Below, in pieces: positions 28,249-41,486 of a stretch of DNA of 64,000 bases (its first letter is position 1; each line of letters begins with the position of its first letter). The stretch is from Eledone cirrhosa (Eukaryota), in assembly GCA_964016885.1 (NCBI GenBank), contig OZ024743.1, positions 361,088,001 to 361,152,000 on the forward strand, in the 5' to 3' direction. The notes beneath the pieces were generated by a model. It had not been told where the DNA came from, searched no databases, and saw only the letters and a program-made list of their open reading frames with translations. Made by a program: the position numbers and the translations under genes.

Positions 28249-28829
28249 ATATATATATATATATATATATATACATACACACACATATATATATATACAT
28301 ACACACACTTATAAACATATACTTACGTACGTTCGCATGGGTTATATCGAACACTGATAATAAACGGCGCGCTTTGAAGCTGTGCTGTGCCGGTGACCGA
28401 TTGTAACAGCCTTTGAGGAACAATCAAGTTGTGTCTGGGTCATTACGCTTCGTCAGTACTGTATACACCTGCGAATCTATTGAACATATTACAATATATA
28501 GTATTTTCTTAAGTTCAACATCCTGAAACTCTGAGCCTGAGCTTTATTTATGGTCATAGCAAACTGGCTCTAATAGGGAACTGAAGTCTTATGAATTTGA
28601 ACGGCAGCTCGGTAGATGAATGGATGAAAGGAATGTTGGGAATAAATGCATTTTCTCCTTGATGCTTCCAAGTATAGTGACCTTCTAGATGATTCATTTT
28701 CCGCCTGATTGTAAAGACTGTGGCTAGTCCAGGTTTCTGAAAAAGATAATGGGAGATACAATCTTTTATATTGCATATAGATATAAAGATATTTATAGTT
28801 AGATATTGATATGAATGTCAACAGCCTGT

Positions 28830-29460
28830 CAGATAAAGGAGCCCCACGAGGTGGGGTGGCTGTTGCAGTGCGTGTCAATGACCATTGTCCATGGAAATGT
28901 TTTTGCAGTTTTGTCCGTGGGGTGCAGGCATATCAGAGCCACGCCAATTACTCTCTGCCTTCTTTACACCTTCCCCATTTTTAATGCTATTCATACAAAA
29001 GTAAATACCGAGGTCAAGAAAGCATGGCTTGGACGCTGCAAGCTCCCCTACCAGCTCGAGCCGGTGGGACTGGACCAAGGGGATGTCAAAAAGCCCAGAC
29101 CGTATGACCATCCTCCTGTTCGGCGGTGGCAAACCCCTCGTCTGGGATGCCACTTGCAGCGACACTTTCTCCAGCAGCAACCTGGTGCAGTCTGTGACTA
29201 ACCCAGGTTCTGCTGCACGTCGGGCTGAGGAGGTCACACTCTCTAAGTACCGGTCGCTCTCCGACAGGTTTGCGGTCGTTCCCTTGGCAGTGGAGACTTC
29301 TGGTGTCCTTGGCCCTAGGGCTACCTCCCTATTCACCAACATAGGCGCTGAGCTGGCCAGCCGTGGGTGTGAGCTCGCGAGTTGGAATGGCTGTTCCAGC
29401 GTATCTCACTTACCCTCCATCGGGGAAACGCCCTCTCCATCATGTCCGCCGGGGCTCTAA
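28830..29460 (+). mobile_element. 3' fragment of a CRE-clade non-LTR retrotransposon (RLE domain)
   Basis: EPVGLDQGD..PD.MT....GGKPLVWDATCSDT...AE....SKY...VPLAVETSGVLG...WLFQRIS....RGNA, the typical C-terminus of CRE-type endonucleases. Confidence 0.75.
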
Positions 29461-29563
29461 GGAGGCCAGCACGTGGGACCCCATTTACTCACAATACAGA
29501 TTTCAGTTTCAGAAGATTCCCTTAAGAGTGAAAGCAGCAATTCTTCGCTTAAACTTTAATTTG

Positions 29564-29615
<52 letters not shown>

Positions 29616-29888
29616 GAAATACAAAACAATCAAATCTTAGTTTAATACATTTAATTGCTGACAATTGTTTCTTCCAAACGAATGTCTGGTTTCATCGGAG
29701 CATACACAATGTTTAAATGGGTAATTAAATCCTAGTCTTCAGAACATTTATATTGATACATAACTATTGACAGTGTCTGACATCTTATAGAAAAACAGGA
29801 GCTACAAAAAGATGTTATGCTACAGATATCACAGTATGAAGAGCGATGGTGAAAAGTGAAATATTATGCATATTATACATAAAGATAT

Positions 29889-32800
29889 CTGGAGCGGGTA
29901 AAATTCCCGAAATCCATGGACGTGTTCTCTCCAGCGATCTCTATCCCCCATCATCGCTGCCACGTTCTGCGTCTCCAACAGACCAGTGTCTATTCTTAGG
30001 GCATCAACATGTGTTAACTTCGGTCTTCCTCTTCCAGTGTGTCCATGCAGGGTCTCCCACAGGAGCACTGAGTGCATTGTCAACTCTGGATGTCGGTGAG
30101 CATGCCCAGCTAACCTCAGTCTCCTCTGTATCACTTTTGAGCTGACCTTTGGGAGGCGCCTGTACAGCTCTGCGTTCTTTATCTTCAGTGCTATACTGAT
30201 TAATGTTCAGAGCCATCTTCAGCATTCTTGTGTAGTACCCATCCACCATCTCTCATTCAGATGGTGGATTTCTTAGTCAGTGTCTAAGTGTCACACCCGT
30301 ACAGCAGCACAGACTCCTCTACAGCAACTTCAGGTCTCTACGAAGGTCCGACTTCCACACCGATCTCAAGCTGTGGAACGCCGCCCAGGCTTTGCTCTTC
30401 ATCTCGACCACATCATCTTCCGTATTCCCAATCTATGCTCTCAAATACAGGAAGTCATCAACCAATTCTAGCGGCTTCCCGCCTACATTACTAATCTTCT
30501 CTGGCTTCTTAATATTCTCTACCAGATATTTTGTTTTAATCTCATTCATTCTCATCCCCACACTCATCGACACAGTCTCCACCTCCTGCATCAAATCCCC
30601 TGCCTCCTTTACTGTGTTTGTCACCAAAACTATGTCGTCGGCAAATTCAGCATCCGATAACTTTTTTGCCTTAACTCTCCTGCTCTGAGCCCGTCTTACA
30701 GTAAAGCCAGAGTCATTGTGTTTTTCCAGCGCAAGGCGCATACAATAGTCCACTACGATGACAGAAAGGTAGGGAGCCAATGTATCTCCCTGGAGCACTC
30801 CAGCCAATATCTCAAAGAACTCTGTCATCCCATCAGATGTAATGACTTTGGCTTTGGTGTTGGTGTAGAGCAGTGATATCAGGTCCACTAGGGCCTCTTG
30901 GGGATTGCATAAGCTTGTAAGATCTTCATCAGGCAGTGACGGTCCACGGAATCAAAGGCCTTCCTAAAGTCAATGAAAACCATGACCGCAGGAAGGCACA
31001 ATGCTCTAGCTCCCTCTAATATCCTCCTCAGCATCAGGATGTGTCTGGAGGCTGATCTTCCCTCTCTGAAGCCGTTCTGGTTGTCCCTGAGCTTCTTCTC
31101 CATCTCGGGCTCGATCCTGTTAAGAACCATCCTGTAGAGGGTCTTTGCCACAAGTGACCCCATTGAGATCCCTCTGTAGTTGTTGGGGTTAGAGAGATCT
31201 CCCTTCTTTGGCACTGGGACGATATTACTGATCCTCCACTGATTCGTGGCAACTCCTTTTTCCAGAGCCTGGTTACGGAACGCCAGGGTGATATCATCAA
31301 AATCACAGCTTTTTACCACCCCTCATGCCACTCCATCTTCTCCATGAGCATTGCCCTCCTTGATCTTCTTCTTGGCACTGAAGCTCCTCTCTGGTGAAGG
31401 GTCCTCTCTCAATATCCTGTTCCTCAAACAGCCGTCTGATCTCCCCAGTGTTCTGGGCTGTGGAGGGCGGCTCTCCTAGTAGGGTCCTAAAATGATCCAG
31501 CCATTTCTTCTTCCTATACTTGGGCCCTGTTCCCTCGATCTGACTCGAACACATTCTCTTCCTCCCTGTGATCTCGTTGATGATCATCCAGCTCTCCTTA
31601 CATCCAGACCTGCCAACTGCTCTCTCCACACTTCTGATCTTCTCTATCAGTGCCTGCTCTCTGGCCTCAGTGTAAGCCGTACATAGTTCTTTCCTCATCA
31701 CCTCCACATTCTCCTTCCACTTCTCCGTAGGATCAGCATAGAATTGGGCCCTGGCAGCTTTCAGGTGTTCTTTGGCTGCACACACTTTTGGGTCTGCAGA
31801 GCTGATGTGCTTCCTTTTGTTCTTTCTCCTCGGCACCAGGGTCTCACTTGCTTCCGCCACTGCATTGGTGAAGCAACCGTACCTCCTCGTCACACTCCCC
31901 TCAGTCCCTCTCTTCTGCCTCTCCACACAGAGCACTGAACCTCTCCTGTAGCTTATCATCTTCCTTGAAAGCTCCCCAGTCATAGATTGCTCTCCGGGGC
32001 TGAGCCTTGCTCTTTCTTAAGTTCACCCGGACCTCACTCATAACAAGCCGGTGGTCACTACCCAGTGTACTGAAATAGTTGTATGGAATACACTATTCCG
32101 CCACTTTTTCCCCACCAGAATGAAATCAATCTGGGACTTGGACAGGTGCATATCTGAGATGTAGGTCCACATCCTCCCCCGATTCTTCCTAAACCTTAGG
32201 TTGGTTGCTATCAGGTTCGCCTCCAGCAGGATGTCTCTCAGCAGTCTTCTATTTCGGTTGGTGTTGTTATGGAAGTACCAGCAAGGATCTTCACTGCTCT
32301 CCTTACTCAGATGTGTATTGAAGGCCCCCAATACAACCAGGATGTTGTGAGTCTTTGTGGTGTTGACAGCTCTACACACCTCCCCATGGAACTCTTCCGC
32401 ACTCACATCACTGTATCCCTCGGTTAGACTATAGGCTGAGATGACTCTCAGTATTGGGTTTCCATTCAAGGTTACCCTCAACACTCGCGTGGAGATAGGT
32501 ATTATTTACCTCACCAATATATTGATGTTTGTGCTGAAAACAAAGCCCACTCCTCCTACTGCAGCATTGGTCATATTCTTCACTGCTGGTGTGGTGATAA
32601 GCTGCCTCCTCTTCCCAATCATCACACTCCTCACGGGCTCATCGTGTAGGATCCTGTGTTCTTGGATCGCAAGTATCTGCATACCACTCTCCTCGAACAG
32701 ATGACGCAACTCCTCTCTCTTCTCCAGCATCCGAATAGTCCTCACATTCAGAGTGCCCATTTTGATTTCTCTTCTGCAGGACAAAACTTCATTCTTTATA

Positions 32801-33150
32801 TTTGTCTCAGAGACAGCTGATCCATCATCCACTGACCCTCTCTGTGGCTCCAAGCCAGCAGAGTCATAACGACCAGAGTGCTCCTTGGCAGTGTAATTAG
32901 GGGATCTAACCTTAGTGCTGTTAAATACACTCTCCATGTTCTTTTCAATGGCTGACAATACCTTACCGGCGCCACTCGAATAAGGTAAGTATTTAACCCA
33001 TAAATGGAGCCCTAACAGGTACTACTACTCCGGGCCAGAACAGATCTGGGAGTTATGAAAACTAAGGGGAGGCTCCACGTTCCCAACAGCTCCTGAACTC
33101 CCGAACTGGAGCCTTGCCACTGGATGTAGTTTAATGTCATACCCAGGACA
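29889..33150 (-). mobile_element. Full-length RTE-like LINE (copy B, same family as 24952-28248), more decayed, with TSD
   Basis: Colinear reverse-complement homology to copy A from the 5' end (TGTCCTGGGTATGAC) to the 3' end. 10-bp TSD ATAAAGATAT at 29879-29888 and 33153-33162. Confidence 0.92.
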
Positions 33151-33777
33151 ATATAAAGATATTCTTTAAGGTAATACATGTGCAACAGATACAACAATAA
33201 AAGGTGTAAGAGAAGATAGATAAAAGATATCATAGCATTGACAAGCAGGTAATGTTAAGGGTATATAATGCAAAAATTAATAAAGGCATCCATGAGGTAA
33301 GAATTATATAATACAGAATGTTAAAGCATGTTAAAAGTGTTAAAAACGTTTAAAATGGCATTCAAATGGTAGAGAAATATGTGGTGATAAAATAAATAAA
33401 TGTTGTGTAATGTATAATGCAAAAAACGTAAGTAAATAAGATAAGTAATTGTCATTCAAGAATGTTTATATTAGAGTTCGCGTATAGATGTATATGTTGG
33501 GTGTAAAGCAAATGTTTTAAACATGGAATTTTCTTAATTTTAGTTGTAATATGTTTGATGCATGTACAGTTTAAAAATATGTGATTAGTAAAGATTAATT
33601 CCACTGTATTACTAGCCATGTTAATATAGGGAATATATTATACAATGCATTCCTATCTTTAAATGTTCTATTAAGAAATAGCTCACTTTGCTTTATGTGC
33701 GAGTTCTATTAAGAGTTATTAGACGAAGTCTAATGGTAAAAATGTCGTTAAATTGTTTTACATATATATATATATGG

Positions 33778-34438
33778 TTATACTTTGGGAGGGTAATGTT
33801 GCCAATAAGAAACACACGCACCAGATGCTTTCACTTCAATTTATTATAAATTAAATTTATAAATTTAGGAATTTATAAATTTACGGTTGGTTGGTTGGTT
33901 GGTTCCACAACCAGACGATTGTTCATATATTATCAAAGTTCTTTCGTCACACATTATGTGACCTCTTCAGTGACTAGGGATTTTTTTCTTTGTTTGTGTG
34001 CCTCTCCTTTGTTCTGTCCTACGCCATCTTGTTTTTGTGTGTGTTTCGTGCTTAGTTTGCGCATGTGTTCTATCCGGGTGTCTGTGTGTGTTTATATTTG
34101 TTTATTTATTTGTTTATTTACATGTTCTGGTTGGTTGTTTGTTCTATTTTTTTAGTATGTGTTTTCATTTTGTCTTTAATTGTAAGTTGTGATGTTGCTA
34201 TTCCATTCATGTTTTCTATTTAATTTTGGTTGGAGTTCATTTATGTTTATTGCCTCTGTGCTCTGTTTAAACATTGCGTCTTTTCTGTGTGTAGATTCTA
34301 AATTTAATTTATAATAAATTGAAGTGAAAGCAACTGGTGCGTGTGTTTCTTATTGGCAACATGACCCTCCCAAAGTATAACAATATCGGTTTCAACACAC
34401 GTTTTCAGATAAAGAATCTTGCTAAACAAATTCAGAAA

Positions 34439-34440
<2 letters not shown>
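33778..34440. mobile_element. Penelope-like fragment: minus-strand ORF end, pLTR with HHR and ORF start, plus an inverted ORF-start segment
   Basis: Minus-strand EAININELQPKLNRKHEW (GIY-YIG C-terminus, ~34200-34260). HHR-like CTGAAGA-gGTCACA-taatg-TGTGAC-GAAAG at 33932-33974(-). IR 33778-33859 vs 34300-34382 leads into [22 protein letters not shown]. Confidence 0.65.
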
Positions 34441-34521
<81 letters not shown>

Positions 34522-34531
34522 CGTGTGTGTG

Positions 34532-34575
<44 letters not shown>

Positions 34576-36210
34576 CAAAGCTGCAAGTACCGACCGTTTG
34601 CGTACGACCTCACCTGGGAGACGCAGTATGAACCTAAGAATGTCAAATAACCTGAAAACCCAAAGGGGGTCCAGAAGGGAACAACCATTAACAATTCCGT
34701 AGCTCTGGCACTGTAGATTTGGATGCATGATGGAAAGTACACTATTCAGTTGTAGCCAGAAATAACTACACAGGCGGAACTGTGGGTTCTCACAAGACCC
34801 CAGCTGCCAAAATGTTTATGAACCTGATTAAAATGTGAGGATAGTTTTGTTTCTTAAATCGTTAGCTAAAAGAAAGGTCTCTGTGTGTGGTGTAACATTT
34901 TGTGACAGACGGTGAACCTGAATATAGACTTCTTCGATGAAGTCACTGTTAGATGTAGTTAAGACTGAGTCATGTATCGTAATGGGAAAATCAAGGCACA
35001 TGATGTTACTGACTACCGTACTTGTCATGGAAAGGAGTGATTGGAAGTAATGGCACTACCGATCTAAATACAGAAACGTCATCCCCTCCTTGGTATATTT
35101 TAGACAGACCTACCTTCCATATATTAAAAGAGATCAAGAAAAAAGTTTGGTTAAGCAATTTCCACGAAGGACTCACTATTATTCATTCACCGGCAATTTT
35201 CTTATGCAGATAATCTCATTCTCCATTCATCGTACATTGCATCATTTCCAAGCGCGCGCTACTGCAACAATATCAGCCTCGGTCATTTTCTATATATGTA
35301 TTGGGTCGACAAGTATGACATTTGTAGAAGTGTAGCACAAAAACTAATTTCTACAAATGTCATACTTGATGACCCAATAGTATTTGTTAAATTCGTTGCA
35401 CTATGTTGTTTCATGTGTCCTTACTTTTTTTAATATAGAAGAATGGTATTTGAGTGACAACGATCTAATGATTGTGTATAGCCACCCTCATTTGAGTTGT
35501 ATTACGAACCATTCTAAAAGTATCAAACTTTTAAGATCTTATGTATGGAAATAAATCTTCAAAAACAGGGAAATATCAGCAAAGATGTCAGCTTGTCTCG
35601 TCCATTCCACAACTTCATCGCTAACATAAAAAATTCGATTTATTATTCATCATTATATTTGTGTCTTGTGAATAATACTAAGCTATATAACAAATAACAT
35701 CAAACTGGAAATTACAGCAAGAAAATTTCTTTAAAAACATGTTCGCGAAATAAAAAGCTTTTAATCTTCCTCAATAATATTAATCTGCATAAAAGGCTAA
35801 CTGCTAAATATGTGACTACATTGTAAGGAAAACATCACATATTTTTTCAATTTTTTGAAAGCCATCATCTTGACGAACGTGTTAGAAATATGCTGACAAT
35901 TTCATTAAAATCTGTCAGAGATTTTTGCAGTAAATGTGTGTTAATCATGTGTTATTGTCATGATTAATATTGTTGATCTGAGAAGATACATTTTTTTTGT
36001 TTGGCTTTTCAATAAATAATACAGGCTAATTGAAATGTCCTATTACAGAAAAATGGTATTTCAATACTTTCTTTGAAGAATTCTGATTTTACATTAATAT
36101 TTCATTATATCTAAAGACTACATAATATTGTGTAGACGCACCAGTATGCGCGTACTGACAATGTAGTTATATAAGTTCCATTAATTATACATGCATTTAT
36201 ATACAAATAA

Positions 36211-36241
<31 letters not shown>

Positions 36242-36252
36242 GTTGTGGAACC

Positions 36253-36341
<89 letters not shown>

Positions 36342-36405
36342 TATATATATATATATAATATTAATTCAAAATATTAACAAAATAGATATTTTTGTGATCA
36401 AGTAT

Positions 36406-36470
36406 ATTTTATTATACATATTTCAGAGGTAGTGAGTTAAGTTCAACAGTACGTCCTCATCAGATAAAAT
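36406..36470 (-). ncRNA. Type I hammerhead ribozyme motif
   Basis: ATTTTAT-CTGATGA-gga...tct-GAAA-TATGTATA-ATAAAAT: 7-bp helix I, weak helix II, quasi-palindromic helix III. Confidence 0.55.
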
Positions 36471-36664
36471 AAGATGGTGCATGACATACCCTGACATAGT
36501 AGATGGTTAAGATTCAGTCATGGTAGTATTTTGAGTTAAGATTTTGAATTAAGATTTTGAATTAATATTAATAACTCTGGAAAACCTTTTGGTTGAGTTC
36601 TTCCAATCTATTGTAAAACTCATTCTTTGATGTATTCATTGAACCCTGTTTAACATTTAAATAT

Positions 36665-36764
<100 letters not shown>

Positions 36765-36849
36765 ATAATAATAAATTTGAAGACTAAAATTCCAAAGATT
36801 CTTTGCTTAAACTTTAATCTTTTATTTTAATATATATATATATATGGTT

Positions 36850-38420
36850 TAATAGCATTAGCAATAAGAATAAATCTAAGTTTATCCAGTTTGATATCGA
36901 CGAATATTACTCATCGATATCACCTGAAACTTTGAATAGAGCCATTAGGTTTGCTAAGGATAACTCTGACCTTACAAACGATGAAATTAAGATTATATTA
37001 GAAGCTAGGAAAACTATAGTCAAATTTGAGAACAGTTATTGGGTTCGTAAAGATAGACCCTCTCACTTTCACATAACAATGGGCTCTAACGATTCGGCGG
37101 AAATAACTGATATTGTGGGGTTATTTATCGCCTTTAGACTCCAGGAAAAATTGAGCAATCTCCACGGTGGAATATACCGCGACGATGTTAAAACCCTAAA
37201 TAACCAAAAACTAGAAAAACTACGCAAAGATATAAGAAAACTACTACTCGAAATAGGACTAACTATAACATATGAATACAACCTTAAAGTAGTTAACTTC
37301 CTGGATGTCACACTCAATTTAAACTCTGGTCTGATTAAACCGTTTCATAAATTGAATGAAAATCTCAAGTACGTAAATGTTGGGTCTAACCACCCCATCT
37401 CTATAATTAAATCTATCCCTAAAAATATTTCCCTTAGAATCTCGGGTCTATCTTCTAACATACAAGTATTTAAGAAACACGCCGAGTACTACGATAACGC
37501 CCTTAGTAAAGCAGGCTACCTCAACAAAATAGAGTATATAGATGAGAACAATCAAAACACCCAAAATAAATCCCACATAGGTAGATATAATAACACAACA
37601 CCAAACCATACTTACTACCATTGTATACACACCAGTAAACCAACAAACAAAACTAATAGAAAGCGATGCAAAGAGTACTTATGGTATAACCCTGAATACA
37701 ATAGTTCCATTAATACAAATTTACCAGTACTCTTCTTTAAAATATTTAAGAGATATTTTCCTACATCACACAAATACCACAAAATCCTAAACCCTACCAC
37801 TATAAGACTGTCATACTCTAAAGCGTTAAACCTTGAACAACACATAAAAACGAAGGTTAAACGAAAACACTAAAAACTTAAGTACAAAGAACACAAAAAA
37901 AACAGTAGACAATACACTACAGAACATAAATAAACCACACCTAAGTTCGTCCGCAATACTACTCCAGAGAAAACCCAACGTACACAACTGTAACTGCACC
38001 TATCCTCACAACTGCCCACTCGGCAATAACTGCCTGGAAAAAAATATCATTTATAAGTGTACCATTAAATCCGGAGGCAACGAGTGGTATTACGTGGGAT
38101 CAACGGCAACATCGTTTAAATCTCGATTATATAGGAATTCTTACTCAATAAAACACCAGAGCCAAAGAAATGTAACAACTTTAGCAGAAAAAGCTTGGAC
38201 GCTCAGGGATAGCGATCAAAAGTTTACACTAAAATGGGAGAAATTAGCTAAAACCCAAAGCTTTTCCAGGAGCCAAAATTTCTGCAAATTGTGTAATCTT
38301 GAGATTTATTACATAATCACACACAAGAAGAAATTGCTTAATAACAGAATTGAACGAACATTATTCTGCCGTCACCGAACTAAAACCCTTTTTTCCCACT
38401 ACAAGCTGAATATTACATAA
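36850..38420 (+). mobile_element. 5'-truncated Penelope-like retroelement (RT + C-terminal GIY-YIG endonuclease)
   Basis: FIQFDIDEYYSSI, ITMGSNDSAEI.DIVGLF, GIYRDD, VNFLDVTLNL, SNHP, WYNP; CNC...CPLGNNCLEKNIIYKC...YVGST (GIY-YIG); CKLCNLE...CRH. One frameshift near 37870-37950. Confidence 0.9.
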
Positions 38421-38694
38421 AAGAGGGACATCCCCCAACTATATAAACCTCAATCTAGTTAGAAAAATATAAAAACAATCTCTTCTCAACATATATATGT
38501 ATATTAATAACCTTAAATTACCACACTAATAATGGAAAGGTATGCTGATGAGAATAGGTGCGAATATGCTATAATGAATGTGTCTAAAAGCGACCATATG
38601 TATGTATATATATGTGAAAATGTATATAAATAAGTAAATATATATATATGTTTGATGTGTATAGTTAGATGTAAGTGTATTCATGTATTAAAGT

Positions 38695-38739
<45 letters not shown>

Positions 38740-39262
38740 GACTGGAGTATGTATGTATATATGTGTGTGTCTATACGTGTGTATATAAAGATAAGTTGAG
38801 TATGAAAATGTATACACATGAATGCGTATGTAACTACATGTATATATGTATATATATGTATATATATATATGTGCATGTGTATATGTATGTAAGTATTAG
38901 CATGTAAGTATGTGTATGTGAGTATATGTATTTTGTAGAGGTGTGCATATATGTTTGTGTGTGAATGCGTGGGCGAAAGGATACGTACACTTGAAAGAAA
39001 AATTTAAGTCTGAATGTTAATTAAGTGCAGACACAAAACCAACCATACATATCTATACTATCTCTAATCCTTCTATAGATTTAGAAAAATAACCAATAAT
39101 ATATTCTATAAAAATGTCAAAACAACAGATGGGAATCTAATTACTCACTGCCACCAAATATTCTCACTGTTATCAAAAAACCACTCCCTCAACTATTCTT
39201 CTAACAACTTCACACCTCCCTCCTAATATTCTCTATAAAAACAAAACAGGTCCTCAGTAAAA

Positions 39263-39383
39263 TTATTCTGATGAAATGACAGTTAATAATAACATTGAAA
39301 TATTGAATGTCTGCATAACTAATACTTTGTAGATAGCAGCTGTTTTCAGGTTATGTAACTGTTATTGAAACACGTGTCAATAA
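39263..39383 (+). ncRNA. Type I hammerhead ribozyme with long helix II in the 3' pLTR of the upstream Penelope
   Basis: TTATT-CTGATGA(39268-39274)-AATGACAGTTA...TAACTGTTATT-GAAAC-ACGT-GTC(39376-39378)-AATAA; palindromic helix III ACACGTGT. Confidence 0.8.
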
Positions 39384-39417
39384 ATTCCTTTTAGCTAAAC
39401 TGTATCCATTTAAATCC

Positions 39418-39468
<51 letters not shown>

Positions 39469-39564
39469 AAATTAAATTAAGGTTGTCATGTCTGAGAGAA
39501 ATGCAACATATTCACTGCAGTATAAGCTCAAATATTCCAATGAATAGATCTAACAATTTTATAT

Positions 39565-39580
39565 CAACTAGAAATAGATA

Positions 39581-39623
<43 letters not shown>

Positions 39624-39792
39624 AACACATGAACCATCTCAGGGAATACTTTGTAAAGTGTGTAAGCACACATAGCTAGGTAGGTAACTAGGTAGTTACC
39701 TACCTAGCTATGTGTGCTTACACACTTTACAAATTATTCCCTGAGATTGTTTCATGTGTTTATTTTATAAATATATGTGTCAATCTATTTCT

Positions 39793-39795
<3 letters not shown>
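39565..39795. repeat. Near-perfect palindrome centred at ~39691
   Basis: ...GTAAGCACACATAGCTAGGTAGGTAACTA-GG-TAGTTACCTACCTAGCTATGTGTGCTTAC... extending about 70 bp per arm and beyond with mismatches. Confidence 0.85.
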
Positions 39796-39877
<82 letters not shown>

Positions 39878-39941
39878 TTATATATATATATTTATATATA
39901 TATATTTATATATATATATATATTTATATATATTTATATAT

Positions 39942-41200
39942 AAATACATTAACATATATGATAAACACAACACGTGTTTGCATTGCAACAGACAAAGTTA
40001 GCTATTAATGAAATAAACTACTTAAAGTGAATACAATTTGTCTGTCTCGATATAAGTCAATAAAGACAAGCTTATATTGGCAACGGCCATGATTCCTGGA
40101 CAGATTTAAATTTCAAAATTCAAACCTGTTCTGTAGCCGAATTTGAACCTCGAAACCTAAATCCGTTTCGCAACGGTGGTATGTGAATTGCAAAATAAAG
40201 GGAATCGAAATGGAATTGAAATAAAAACTGAAATATTCAAATCTTCTGTGCTTATCAACAGGAATCCAGTAAAATTAGTACATCTCACATCAAACATTTT
40301 GCAGGTCTGACTACACATGTGTAGCCAGGCCAAACTAGCCGTCCCGCATTCCCGGTGCTAGAAATAACAGCCGGAACAGTTTTGGATTTTGAAATTTAAA
40401 TCTGTCCAGAAATCATGGCCGTTGCCAATATAAGCTTGTCTTTATTGACTTATATCGAGACAGACAAATTGTATTCACTTTAATTAGTTTATTTCATTAA
40501 TAGCTAACTTTGTCTGTTGCAATGCAAACGCGTTTTGTGTTTATCATATATTTTAATGTATTTAACTGCTCGGAAATGCCCCTTTTCTTGGAGCTTGATT
40601 ATTGTAAACGACTGAGAGTTTATTCTCAAAATATAATTTAGTATATTGCTCCTTAACTGTAGAGCTGATCTTTAATCCCGCATAAACGGCTGTTATTTCT
40701 AGCACCGGGAATGCGGGACGGCTAGTTTGGCCTGGCGACACACGTGTAGTCAGACCTGCAAAATTTTTGATGTGAGATGTACTAATTTTACTGGATACCT
40801 GTTGATAAGCACAGAAGATTTGGATATTTCAGTTTTTATTTCAATTCCATTTCGATTCTCTTTATTTTTCAATTCACATACCACCGTTGCGAAACGGATT
40901 TAGGTTTCGAGGTTCAAATTCGTCTACGGAACAGGTTTGGATTTTGAAATTTAAATCTGTCCAGGAATCATGGCCGTTGCCAATATAAGCTTGTCTTTAT
41001 TGACTTATATCGAGACAGACAAATTGTATTCACTTTAATTAGTTTATTTCATTAATAGCTAACTTTGTCTGTTGCAATGCAAAAACGTTTTGTGTTTATC
41101 ATATATTTTAATGTATTTAACTGCTCGGAAATGCCCCTTTTCTTGGAGCTTGATTATTGTAAACGACTGAGAGTTTATTCTCAAAATATAATATAGTATA
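39942..41200. repeat. 555-bp-period repeat: one inverted partial unit followed by about 1.5 direct units, flanked by (TA)n
   Basis: 39942-40378 is the reverse complement of ~40686-41120; 40391 onward recurs at 40946 onward. Decayed HHR-like CTGTAGA-gc...gc-ATAAACGGCTGTTA near 40656-40695. Confidence 0.85.
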
Positions 41201-41299
<99 letters not shown>

Positions 41300-41352
41300 A
41301 TATATTTATATATATTTATATATTTATATATATATATATAAATATATATATT

Positions 41353-41486
<134 letters not shown>

